A stretch of DNA of 64,000 nt from an uncultured Pseudomonadales bacterium (lineage in GTDB: Bacteria > Patescibacteriota > Microgenomatia > UBA1400 > Chazhemtobacteraceae): NCBI GenBank assembly GCA_964422035.1, contig CAYQZQ010000001.1, positions 377,013 to 441,012 on the forward strand. Direction: 5' to 3'. This document shows positions 1 to 8,125 of the stretch, piece by piece; the first letter of the stretch is position 1; each line of letters begins with the position of its first letter. A program made the position numbers and the translations under genes. The notes under the pieces were generated by a model. The model saw only the letters and a list, made by a program, of their open reading frames with translations, did no database searches and was not told the origin of the DNA.

Positions 1-1
1 A

Positions 2-466
2 ATGGTAATGCGGGTTGATATTATTGATAGAGCAGTTGAAGACTTGAAGAGTGATAAAAGCAAGGTAATACTTTTAGATGCTAAGGGGGAGATATACAAG
101 CAAAAAAAAGCGCAAGAGTTATCAGACGAGGAACATTTAATTTTGATTGCAGGTCATTACGAAGGAGTTGATCACAGAGTACACGAGCACATTGCTGATG
201 AGGTAATTTCAATTGGAAAGTATGTCTTAACAGGTGGTGAGATACCAGTCATGGTATTGGTGGATAGTGTGGTGCGACTGGTTCCCGAAGTAGTGGGAAA
301 CCCGGAATCAATCAATGATGAATCATATAGTCAATCTGACACAGTTGAGTATCCTCAATACACAAGACCTGATGAATACAAAGGGTGGGAAGTGCCAGAG
401 ATCTTAAAAAGCGGACATCACGAAAAAATCAATAAGTGGCGTGAAAGTAAGCGTAAAAAAGTTTAA
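2..466 (+). CDS. trmD: tRNA (guanine37-N1)-methyltransferase TrmD, C-terminal part (5' end outside window)
   Basis: Translation contains the TrmD signature 'LIAGHYEGVDHRV...SIGKYVLTGGEIPVMVLVDSVVRLVPEVVG' (SPOUT knot region). The ORF starts at the window edge. Confidence 0.88.
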   Translation: MVMRVDIIDRAVEDLKSDKSKVILLDAKGEIYKQKKAQELSDEEHLILIAGHYEGVDHRVHEHIADEVISIGKYVLTGGEIPVMVLVDSVVRLVPEVVGNPESINDESYSQSDTVEYPQYTRPDEYKGWEVPEILKSGHHEKINKWRESKRKKV

Positions 467-684
467 TCAGTCCAGTGATCGGACTCTTTGTCCTGAACGT
501 CTTGTTTTTTAACTTCAGCCATAGCTTCTTTGGGCGAGATATCTTTCTCTTTCATTAACTCCACAACTCTTTTTTGCCAGCCCATCAAGTTTTCGTCTTC
601 GGGATTAACCAAAACAGTGTCCTCTGCATTGCCAGGCTTGGGCAGTTCAATCATTGAAGATTGGTCTTTTGCCTGTTCAGTCAT
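463..684 (-). CDS. small acidic hypothetical protein (73 aa)
   Basis: ORF tightly packed between trmD and the SurA-like gene. No recognisable motif. Confidence 0.35.
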   Translation of the reverse strand: MTEQAKDQSSMIELPKPGNAEDTVLVNPEDENLMGWQKRVVELMKEKDISPKEAMAEVKKQDVQDKESDHWTD

Positions 685-1391
685 TGTTGGAGATAGGTAT
701 TGATTTGAGCTTCTTGCTTGGCTTTATCGAACCAGGCGGAGAACTCTTGTTGAAGCTTTTGATTGAGAAGGTTTTCGCGAATTTGTTGCTCAACTTCTGC
801 CAGTTCTTGATCTTCAAAAGCGGAAGTGTTTTCTTCATAATATTGCTCAACTTCTTCTTGGGTTACATCAAGATCAAACAGTTTGTCGGCTAGTTGTTCT
901 TGAATGATTCGGAGACGAATCTGCTCTTCTAAGTCGCTTTGTGAGAGGCCGTATTGATCTCTAATGATATCCAGGCTTTCTGCGCCCCCAAAACGCTCTG
1001 CTAATAGATCCAGCTCTGTCTGTACCTGTTCTTGGGATACAGTGATACCTTCTTGTTTGGCCTTTTGTCGAAGAAGTTCATTGTTGATTAATTCATCCAG
1101 TACCGGCTGGCCGTATCGGGTAGCCATTGTTTGGTTTAGTTTCCAGCGGGTAATAGGAGTTTTGTTGACTACAGCAGCAATGACTTTGCCTCTGTATCGC
1201 TTGGCAAGGAAAAAGCTACCGATACCTAGTACAAGAATTAAAAGAACCAAGCTTATGAATTTTTTATTTTTTTCAACTTGCTTGATGACTTTACTTTTTT
1301 TTATCTTTTTGACGGTTTTGTTGTCAGTTAAATTTTTTAAAAGTTGGGATTTTTTCTTTTTGGAAGCCATTTGTATGAATAATTTAAGCAA
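681..1391 (-). CDS. membrane-anchored SurA-N/PpiD-like chaperone (no PPIase domain)
   Basis: Lys-rich N-terminus and one TM segment (LVLLILVLGIGSFFL). The region 'VNKTPITRWKLNQ...LDELINNELLRQKAKQEGITVS' resembles SurA N-terminal chaperone domains. The C-terminus is coiled-coil/acidic. Confidence 0.55.
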   Translation of the reverse strand: MLKLFIQMASKKKKSQLLKNLTDNKTVKKIKKSKVIKQVEKNKKFISLVLLILVLGIGSFFLAKRYRGKVIAAVVNKTPITRWKLNQTMATRYGQPVLDELINNELLRQKAKQEGITVSQEQVQTELDLLAERFGGAESLDIIRDQYGLSQSDLEEQIRLRIIQEQLADKLFDLDVTQEEVEQYYEENTSAFEDQELAEVEQQIRENLLNQKLQQEFSAWFDKAKQEAQINTYLQQ

Positions 1392-1429
1392 TGAGCGTAT
1401 TTTAACATCAAAAAGGGTTAGGTGAAAGC

Positions 1430-1699
1430 TTAGGCATTAATTATAAGGGGCAGCAGAATAGCAGTGCCTAAAGCAGCTACAAGAAAGTACTCTAAGATGA
1501 CATACCAGTGGTGATCTTTGGATTTTAGGTGATGGATCATGCCCCAGAGGAAGTAAGCTAGTGACAAGCCGACTACTGCTATTTGTTGAAGATAACGATT
1601 AGTGTTGAAAAGCGAAACTAAAGAGGCGCCAACGACAAGAATTATGACTAAGACAAGAAAGTCTGGGATATGGATCTTGTGTGGTGAGTGTGACTTCAT
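1430..1699 (-). CDS. small integral membrane protein (89 aa, 3 predicted TM segments)
   Basis: Hydrophobic composition. It overlaps the CAP gene stop by 4 nt (translational coupling). Confidence 0.45.
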   Translation of the reverse strand: MKSHSPHKIHIPDFLVLVIILVVGASLVSLFNTNRYLQQIAVVGLSLAYFLWGMIHHLKSKDHHWYVILEYFLVAALGTAILLPLIINA

Positions 1700-2652
1700 A
1701 AGATAAGGCCTTGTTTGATTATGATAACTAGAATAATAACTATTCCCAGAAAGGTAACGTGAGCCCAGTTGCGGCCAGAGATACGAATGAGGTTATTTTT
1801 CCAAGTGATGTACCAGTCAACCACCAAGACGATGATTACCAAAAGGGCAAATGACATGGAGATAACTTTGGCAAGAGAGAAAGGATTAAACAAAGAAACT
1901 ACACTACTGGCTATCATGGGTTGCTGTATATCATCAAAATTGGCGGGTTTTTGGGGTGTGGGAGTAGGGGTTGGGTTAGGACTGGCCTGAGCTGTGGGAG
2001 TGGGGGTGTAGCTGGGAGTAAGCTGGGTTTCTTGAGCTTGAGCAGGAGGGATAACATTAGTCTGACCTGAGGCTACCTGAGGACTGCTGGTTTGAGGTGT
2101 GCCTAGCATCTGAACCACCAAAGTGGTTTCCTGGCCCAAAAGATTGCCGTCAACAACAGCGATGCCGATTTCTCTGTATTGGGGATTTAGTAAATTAGCG
2201 CGATGAGTGGGAGAGGCCATCCAGGCTTTGACAATGGTCTCTGGATTTTTAAAGTCTCGAGCTAAGTTTTCTCCGGCATGTAAGTAGTTATAACCGGCAG
2301 CTAAAACAAAATACCATGGTTTAGTACCGTCTGGAGCGGTGTGAGACCAGTAGTCTTTGGTGAACATGTCCGCTGCTTTACGGCGAGCAGCATCAGCCAG
2401 TTGAGGATTGTATTCCAGATTTGGCAGTCCCCTTTCCGCTCTTGTCTGGTTGGTTAAAGCAATGATTGTTTCAGGCGGAATTTGAGAAGCGTAACCTAAG
2501 ATGTGAGGATAGGCAAACTTGGCTAAAGAAAGAAAAGTTTGACTTAAGATAAGAAGAGTAACCAAAACTGCTAAAGAGGTGTGGTGAAGAAGTTTTGGCT
2601 TATGATTGTTGCTGTGGTGTGGAGTAAATAAGTGTTTTAATTTATCAAACAT
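1696..2652 (-). CDS. secreted CAP/SCP/PR-1 (YkwD-like) domain protein with PT-linker and C-terminal TM anchor
   Basis: N-terminal signal/TM segment. CAP signature 'YSHTAPDG...HAGENLARDFKNPETIVKAWMASPTHRANLLNPQYREIGIAVV'. A PT repeat (TPTPTAQASPNPTPTPTP) is followed by a hydrophobic C-terminus. Confidence 0.8.
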   Translation of the reverse strand: MFDKLKHLFTPHHSNNHKPKLLHHTSLAVLVTLLILSQTFLSLAKFAYPHILGYASQIPPETIIALTNQTRAERGLPNLEYNPQLADAARRKAADMFTKDYWSHTAPDGTKPWYFVLAAGYNYLHAGENLARDFKNPETIVKAWMASPTHRANLLNPQYREIGIAVVDGNLLGQETTLVVQMLGTPQTSSPQVASGQTNVIPPAQAQETQLTPSYTPTPTAQASPNPTPTPTPQKPANFDDIQQPMIASSVVSLFNPFSLAKVISMSFALLVIIVLVVDWYITWKNNLIRISGRNWAHVTFLGIVIILVIIIKQGLIL

Positions 2653-2682
2653 GGCAGGCTTAATTGCATTAGGTTCATTATA

Positions 2683-3867
2683 TCAAGCATCCTGATCAGA
2701 TTCGGCTGAAGATTGGCGAGCGGCAGATTGAGGCTGAGTAGTTGAAGGTTTGACACCTTTTAGGATAATTTTATCCAGGGTAAATGGAGAGAAGAAAGAG
2801 ATAATTTCTAGAGTGAAGATAGATAACTCAAAAGCAGAAGGAATATGATTGGTAATTAGATAGGCTCCAATACCGACCAAGACAGATTCTTTAATCAGCT
2901 GATTAAACATTTGTTGTTGAACTTGATCGACAAGATCAGAGGGAAGATTGTCTTGAACTGCTCTGTAACCTTTCTGTTTAATCTTGTTGAACCCAAACCA
3001 GAAGATGATACCACCAGTAGACAGGGCAGTAATCAGGTTTAAGGTTCGATTAGGTATACTGACATCACCGGTAAATAAACCGAGCTTGATTTGAGAGGGG
3101 AAATTACGAGTGAAATACCAAGCCAGAGCGATAAGAATTATAAAAAAGACAGCACTAGTAGGATGAAGTGTCTGTGGTAGCTTAGAAGAAGAGTTATTTT
3201 TAGAATATAGTTTGATAATGTAACTTAAGGTGTGCAAAAGTAAATAGGCAATAAGCAAAATACCGATGACTAAAAGAGCATTTTCTAAACCATAGTCAAC
3301 GGTTTGAGCAACCTTAGGGTAAGGAATCTTAAAAATTTTGTCTTTAATGGGGTAGTCTGGATATGGAATAAAGTCAAAAATGGCTGAGGAAGACAGTTTT
3401 TTGTGGTAAAAGTCAGTAAAAAAGAGGCGACCGATGGTAAAAAAGGTAGTAAATTGAACTGTAAAGTCAAAGACATAGAACAGAAAAGTGCGATCTCCCT
3501 TGGCAAATTTTTGTTTGATAATACTTTGTTGCTTTTTGTCGCTTTCAATATGTTCTATTTTTTGCTTAAGATCTTTAATGTGTGTGAGTTTGGCAATTCG
3601 TATAGCACGGACAGGGATCATTAAAATTGTCTGGCTGACTCCCAATAAAACTACGGAAATCCAGATACTATTAGTGAGAGAATATAAACCAAAGAGAATA
3701 CTGGCATAGAATCGGTATGTGCCACCAAAGAAAAAAGCCCAAAAAAGGAAAAGAATGACCAAAAGCAACAAGATGCTTTGAAGGGGAACTTTACCTACAA
3801 TATTACTTAGCCGCCAGCGATAAGTAACAGCAGAAGAATCTTGAGATGACGCAGAGTTTTTGGACAT
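2683..3867 (-). CDS. YidC/Oxa1-family membrane protein insertase-like
   Basis: Multi-TM protein. TM1 'SIWISVVLLGVSQTILMIPVRA' is followed by a charged amphipathic loop and 'RTFLFYVFDFTVQFTTFF', paralleling the YidC TM2-loop-TM3 core. There is a Q/S-rich C-tail. Confidence 0.5.
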   Translation of the reverse strand: MSKNSASSQDSSAVTYRWRLSNIVGKVPLQSILLLLVILFLFWAFFFGGTYRFYASILFGLYSLTNSIWISVVLLGVSQTILMIPVRAIRIAKLTHIKDLKQKIEHIESDKKQQSIIKQKFAKGDRTFLFYVFDFTVQFTTFFTIGRLFFTDFYHKKLSSSAIFDFIPYPDYPIKDKIFKIPYPKVAQTVDYGLENALLVIGILLIAYLLLHTLSYIIKLYSKNNSSSKLPQTLHPTSAVFFIILIALAWYFTRNFPSQIKLGLFTGDVSIPNRTLNLITALSTGGIIFWFGFNKIKQKGYRAVQDNLPSDLVDQVQQQMFNQLIKESVLVGIGAYLITNHIPSAFELSIFTLEIISFFSPFTLDKIILKGVKPSTTQPQSAARQSSAESDQDA

Positions 3868-3899
3868 ATGTCTTATTGTAAACTACTCAAGTGCCTAGG

Positions 3900-6800
3900 T
3901 TATTGAGAGGGTTTTTTGAAAACAAGATATGTAAGTCCTATAAGAGAGAGCAGGACAACCAATAACCACCAGTACTGAGCTAGGAGTGAAGAAGAGTCAC
4001 TAGTTTCTGTTGGTTGATCTGATTGTGTGGGAGAAGGAGAGGTGTCTTGCTGGGCTAAAACTTCTCCTTGATCAATTTGATCGGAGCCTTGATCATTGTC
4101 TTTCTGGTTAGTGTCAGGCAAGGAAGTGTCAGCTAAAGCATACAAGTTGTTTAGTCGGTGAGTTGCATCAGTGGTGGTTTGAGCCCCTAAAACGTCTCCA
4201 CCGGTATCGCCTGCTCCACCCCCATCACTAGGCGGACTGGCTGGTGCAGGTTCTGAAAAGTTTTTGGAGAAGGTTTGGTTTGAGTATTCATCACTAACTA
4301 ATTTAGGTGAGCCAGAAGAGATGAGGCGGAAGTAGTAAGTGGTGCCTACATTTAACCCAGAGATCTTAAAGTAGTGAGTAGTAGTTTTGGATGAGGTGTT
4401 TTTCTCAGCCGTGGTGAAAGCGTAACCAAAGTTAGGATCAGATAGATCAGGAACAAGATGAGGAACCGTATCATAAACTACTCGCCCACTAGTAGGTCGA
4501 TCAGTTGTCCAGGAGATCTCGATTTCTTCAAAGCCAGTGGTTTGGTGAAACTGAGAGCTTAAGATGGCAGTAACTCCTACTTCAATTTCCTTTTCTGTTT
4601 GATTACCAGCTTTGTCAGTAGCCACAGCCTTGAGAATGTAATAGTCTAGAGGTAAAGACTTTGTCCCCCAAGGACTTGAGGTACTGCCTTGAAGTCCACC
4701 ATTGACTTGTTCATAGGCATAGCTAATCGTTTCTACTTTAGAAAGAGAGTCTGTAGCATTAACTTCTAGTGGTTGGTCTCCAGACAAAGTAGCGTTATTA
4801 ACAGGATTTACCCAATCAAGAGTTTTGGGGGGAGTAGTATCATAAATTATTTCTTCTAGATGAGCAGTCGTTTCAACATTGCCTGCTTTATCCGTAGCCT
4901 GTGCCTTGAAATCAAAAATACCATCTTGAAGAGGAGTAATTTCAAATTGCCAGTTAAAAGGCTCTTTGTGTTCAGTATTTTCAATTGAGTTTATTTGGGT
5001 CCAATTTTCTTTAAGATCTTCATCACTGTTTAGTTTCCCATATATATCAACATGGTCAACAGTATTTTGAGGAGTATCTGTGGATTGACCGGATAAAGTT
5101 ATTGGGGTTTCTTCTGGCCCACCAAAGATCATTTTATTGTTGCTATTAAAGACAGATTCGGGAGGCGTGTTATCAATAGTTACACAAGCATAATCAACCG
5201 AATCTCCAGTCCCGGTGTTACTCATTGGATCCCTGTTGCCAGCCTCATCTCTTGCTGCTAATCGGATGACGTAGTTTCCATCATCTAAGCTTTCTGTATC
5301 AAGTATGTGAGACACTGAGTTGCTACTTCCACTTTCTTGCCAAACACGGTTGGAAAAATTCCAAGTTGATTCTGTGTTGCAGGTGCCATCATCAGGATTT
5401 AGAGAGAGATTGTAATGACTTAAATTTTCTTCAGTAATAGTGCCAGTGATATTTACAACATCTGACAGGTACCCGCTTAAGGGAGAAGTTATTTCTACTC
5501 TAGGAGGTGTGTTATCTACTATGAAGGAACGAGAGTTCGACCAAAGAGAACAGTTGCCAGCTTGATCACAGGCTCTGATTCTCCACCAATAAGTACTTTC
5601 CGGAGTGCCAGGAGCAAAGCCAGTCTGAGGGTGACGAGTCACATCTAGGTAATCCTTAGAGTACCTAATGCTAGCATTAGGATTTTCTTCTGGATCAGTT
5701 AAATATAAACGATATTCATAGCGGATAGGAGAAGATGGGTCCGAAACGGGTGACCAGTCAACATATAAATTTGAAGAATTTAAATACTGTCCTGGATTGG
5801 GAAAAATCAGATCTGGAACAGACGGGGCTTGTCGATCTAGTATTACGCTGCACCAGCCACTGGAATTTTCACTTTCATTGCCTGCAAGATCAACGGCCCA
5901 AACTCGATATTTATATTCCCCATCTTGATCTCTAATTTTTCCTGTAATCAAGGATGAGGAAAGGTGTTTGAAATCATTCTTATCTTTTATGTCATATCTG
6001 TAGTAGTCTAGATCAGATTCCAAATTATCATTCCAATCTATTGAAATCTGACGATTATTTGTATATCCACTACATCCTAATATCTCACTCTGATGATCTT
6101 TAATTGTTATGCCGGTGGGGGCTGAAGGAGAAGTTCTATCTACTGTAAACACACATGGATCATCAAAACTTCCAGTATTAACTACCGGCGACTGACCGAC
6201 TGGATTATCATTTTCATCATAAGCAACGACTTGATAAGTGTATGAATTTTCGCGAGTGGCTCCAGTGGTGTAAATTGCTATATCAGTGATTTCGAACTCG
6301 ACGCCAGAATGTGACAAGGCATACTGCTCAGGATCATAAGCACTACCAGAACGCCACGAGTTTCCATTCCATGTGTAGCCAGTGATCAAGTAGTAGTCAG
6401 CATTTGATACTGTGGTAAATTTAAGAACTTGAAGGGCTTTGCCAGATACAGAAGTGTCATTGGTATAAATATCACATTGTCCTATTGGAGTATCGTAACC
6501 ATTGATACCAGTTTCTGAGCCATAAGCAAAATCCATTTGTGTTTTTTGTACCTCAAACTGAATGTCTTCTGACATGGCTAGCTCGCTATATCCGCCATCT
6601 ATCACTTCGACAATTCCTATTGAGATTGTATATTCTCCAGCAGGCAAGGTAGTAGCAAAAGGAGTGGTAATTCCTGTTTCATCTTCTAGAGGAGAAAGAT
6701 CCGACAATGTAAAGCCTGTCGATGGGCCAAAATAGGCAACCCCACCAGTGATGGTGTCAAAGCTCGTCCAGTCTCCTCGACTATCACCAGGAGAAATTGG

Positions 6801-7373
6801 GTAGTATATCTCTTGACCGACTACACCTACCCCATCTTTTTTAAGAAGGGCTTTGTATCGAATTGGTGTTGAATCATTAATTCCATCTACTTGACTAATT
6901 TTAAACTCTGCCTGTCCTTCAATATTATTGATAAATGAGTCAAGACCTGTGTAATTCAGTTTGAAGTTGGGCCCTGGCGCTTCTCCAACAACTACCTGAG
7001 TTAAGTGACAGGCTTGAGTAACAATTTGGTCATTTTCTTTGTCAACAGTAGTGGTGGAGATGCATCCTTCTGCATCATCATCACCGGACTCTGAATAAAG
7101 ACGCCACTGGTTACTAGACTCACTAAAGTAATACATACCTTTGATCTGATCTTCAGTTATACCTGCACTATCAAGATCATCCTGGTTGTATCCCACGGTT
7201 ATCTCAACTGGAAAATTAATATCACCCGTCTCTTGAATTTCATAGTAGGAACCTAGGGGGGACTCAACTAAAGTGCTGGTATTTGGCTTATCTGTAAATT
7301 TGGAGATAACGATGGTGCCGATTGAGTCTTGATCAAAAATTGTAATAGGTCTAAAGAAGCGCTGTCTTCCCAT
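3900..7373 (-). CDS. large cell-surface protein with repeated Ig-like/FN3-like domains and C-terminal '..LLAQYWW'-TM anchor (downstream part of a frameshifted gene)
   Basis: 1157-aa ORF with no signal peptide of its own. It contains repeated 'DNTPP....ATD.AGN' Ig-like domain motifs and a D/Q/S-rich disordered stretch. It ends 'SSLLAQYWWLLVVLLSLIGLTYLVFKKPSQ'. It overlaps the upstream ORF 7268..8086 by 105 nt in a different frame. Confidence 0.8.
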   Translation of the reverse strand: MGRQRFFRPITIFDQDSIGTIVISKFTDKPNTSTLVESPLGSYYEIQETGDINFPVEITVGYNQDDLDSAGITEDQIKGMYYFSESSNQWRLYSESGDDDAEGCISTTTVDKENDQIVTQACHLTQVVVGEAPGPNFKLNYTGLDSFINNIEGQAEFKISQVDGINDSTPIRYKALLKKDGVGVVGQEIYYPISPGDSRGDWTSFDTITGGVAYFGPSTGFTLSDLSPLEDETGITTPFATTLPAGEYTISIGIVEVIDGGYSELAMSEDIQFEVQKTQMDFAYGSETGINGYDTPIGQCDIYTNDTSVSGKALQVLKFTTVSNADYYLITGYTWNGNSWRSGSAYDPEQYALSHSGVEFEITDIAIYTTGATRENSYTYQVVAYDENDNPVGQSPVVNTGSFDDPCVFTVDRTSPSAPTGITIKDHQSEILGCSGYTNNRQISIDWNDNLESDLDYYRYDIKDKNDFKHLSSSLITGKIRDQDGEYKYRVWAVDLAGNESENSSGWCSVILDRQAPSVPDLIFPNPGQYLNSSNLYVDWSPVSDPSSPIRYEYRLYLTDPEENPNASIRYSKDYLDVTRHPQTGFAPGTPESTYWWRIRACDQAGNCSLWSNSRSFIVDNTPPRVEITSPLSGYLSDVVNITGTITEENLSHYNLSLNPDDGTCNTESTWNFSNRVWQESGSSNSVSHILDTESLDDGNYVIRLAARDEAGNRDPMSNTGTGDSVDYACVTIDNTPPESVFNSNNKMIFGGPEETPITLSGQSTDTPQNTVDHVDIYGKLNSDEDLKENWTQINSIENTEHKEPFNWQFEITPLQDGIFDFKAQATDKAGNVETTAHLEEIIYDTTPPKTLDWVNPVNNATLSGDQPLEVNATDSLSKVETISYAYEQVNGGLQGSTSSPWGTKSLPLDYYILKAVATDKAGNQTEKEIEVGVTAILSSQFHQTTGFEEIEISWTTDRPTSGRVVYDTVPHLVPDLSDPNFGYAFTTAEKNTSSKTTTHYFKISGLNVGTTYYFRLISSGSPKLVSDEYSNQTFSKNFSEPAPASPPSDGGGAGDTGGDVLGAQTTTDATHRLNNLYALADTSLPDTNQKDNDQGSDQIDQGEVLAQQDTSPSPTQSDQPTETSDSSSLLAQYWWLLVVLLSLIGLTYLVFKKPSQ

Positions 7374-8086
7374 TCAAACTCAACGGCAGCTAGATCTTGA
7401 AGTTTTCCTTTATCCCATCCGATAGGGTTGATGTAGTCAACTAAGCCCAGACCTTCATCATCTGATTGATGATGGATGGAATCTTCGATTTCAGCCAGAT
7501 TAGTAGTACCCCACTTGTTACCTTGAGCATTAATGGAGTTGGAACTATTGTTTTCAATAGTGGTAAGATCGCCAGTGATAGTATTGCCAGTTAAAGTTGT
7601 ATCTTGTTGAGAGTTAATCTGAACAGTGATGTCTTGGCTGATTAAGTGGCTGTTTTGAATTTTTAAGTTACTGGCACCATCGATGATTATGGCTGGACCA
7701 GCTTGAGTTTCAACTTTTAAGTTCTGGATTGTAAGGTCTGATGGGTCTTGTAAAATAATAGAGTCTGTTAGAAGGGTATCTGGGCCGGCACCAGTTAAGG
7801 TAATACCAGAGTGATTAGAGTCAATGATAAGTTTTTCTGAGTATTGACCGGCTGTAACTTGAACAGTGCCTTTTTGAGCAAACAAACTGTCAAGAGCCTC
7901 TTGAATTGAAGTGTGACAGGGAGTTTGACCAGAGCAAGAACCATCTTGGCTAACGTAAACTGTAGGATCGGATGCAATGATACGAGTAGAAGCGATGAAG
8001 AGTAATGAAAATAAGAAAAGGAGGGTGACAAAAATAAATAAAGGAGATTTGAGAGAAAGAAAGGATTTTAATTTAAGCTTTTTCAC
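7268..8086 (-). CDS. N-terminal signal peptide + right-handed parallel beta-helix module (upstream part of the same frameshifted surface-protein gene)
   Basis: Signal peptide 'MKKLKLKSFLSLKSPLFIFVTLLFLFSLLFIAS'. Beta-helix repeats are present ('TLTGAGPDTLLTDSIILQD', 'LKIQNSHLISQDITVQINSQQDTTLTGNTITGDL'). There is no anchor, and the ORF ends inside the overlap with 3900..7373. Confidence 0.7.
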   Translation of the reverse strand: MKKLKLKSFLSLKSPLFIFVTLLFLFSLLFIASTRIIASDPTVYVSQDGSCSGQTPCHTSIQEALDSLFAQKGTVQVTAGQYSEKLIIDSNHSGITLTGAGPDTLLTDSIILQDPSDLTIQNLKVETQAGPAIIIDGASNLKIQNSHLISQDITVQINSQQDTTLTGNTITGDLTTIENNSSNSINAQGNKWGTTNLAEIEDSIHHQSDDEGLGLVDYINPIGWDKGKLQDLAAVEFEWEDSASLDLLQFLIKTQSAPSLSPNLQISQIPAL

Positions 8087-8125
8087 AGGTACTAAGGCAA
8101 TATTATATGCTTCCGTCTTAGATGG

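Noticed and set aside
964-1425. 153-aa + strand ORF antisense to the SurA-like gene
   Set aside because: It is completely embedded antisense in a well-supported gene, with Cys/Ser/Arg-rich low-complexity translation.
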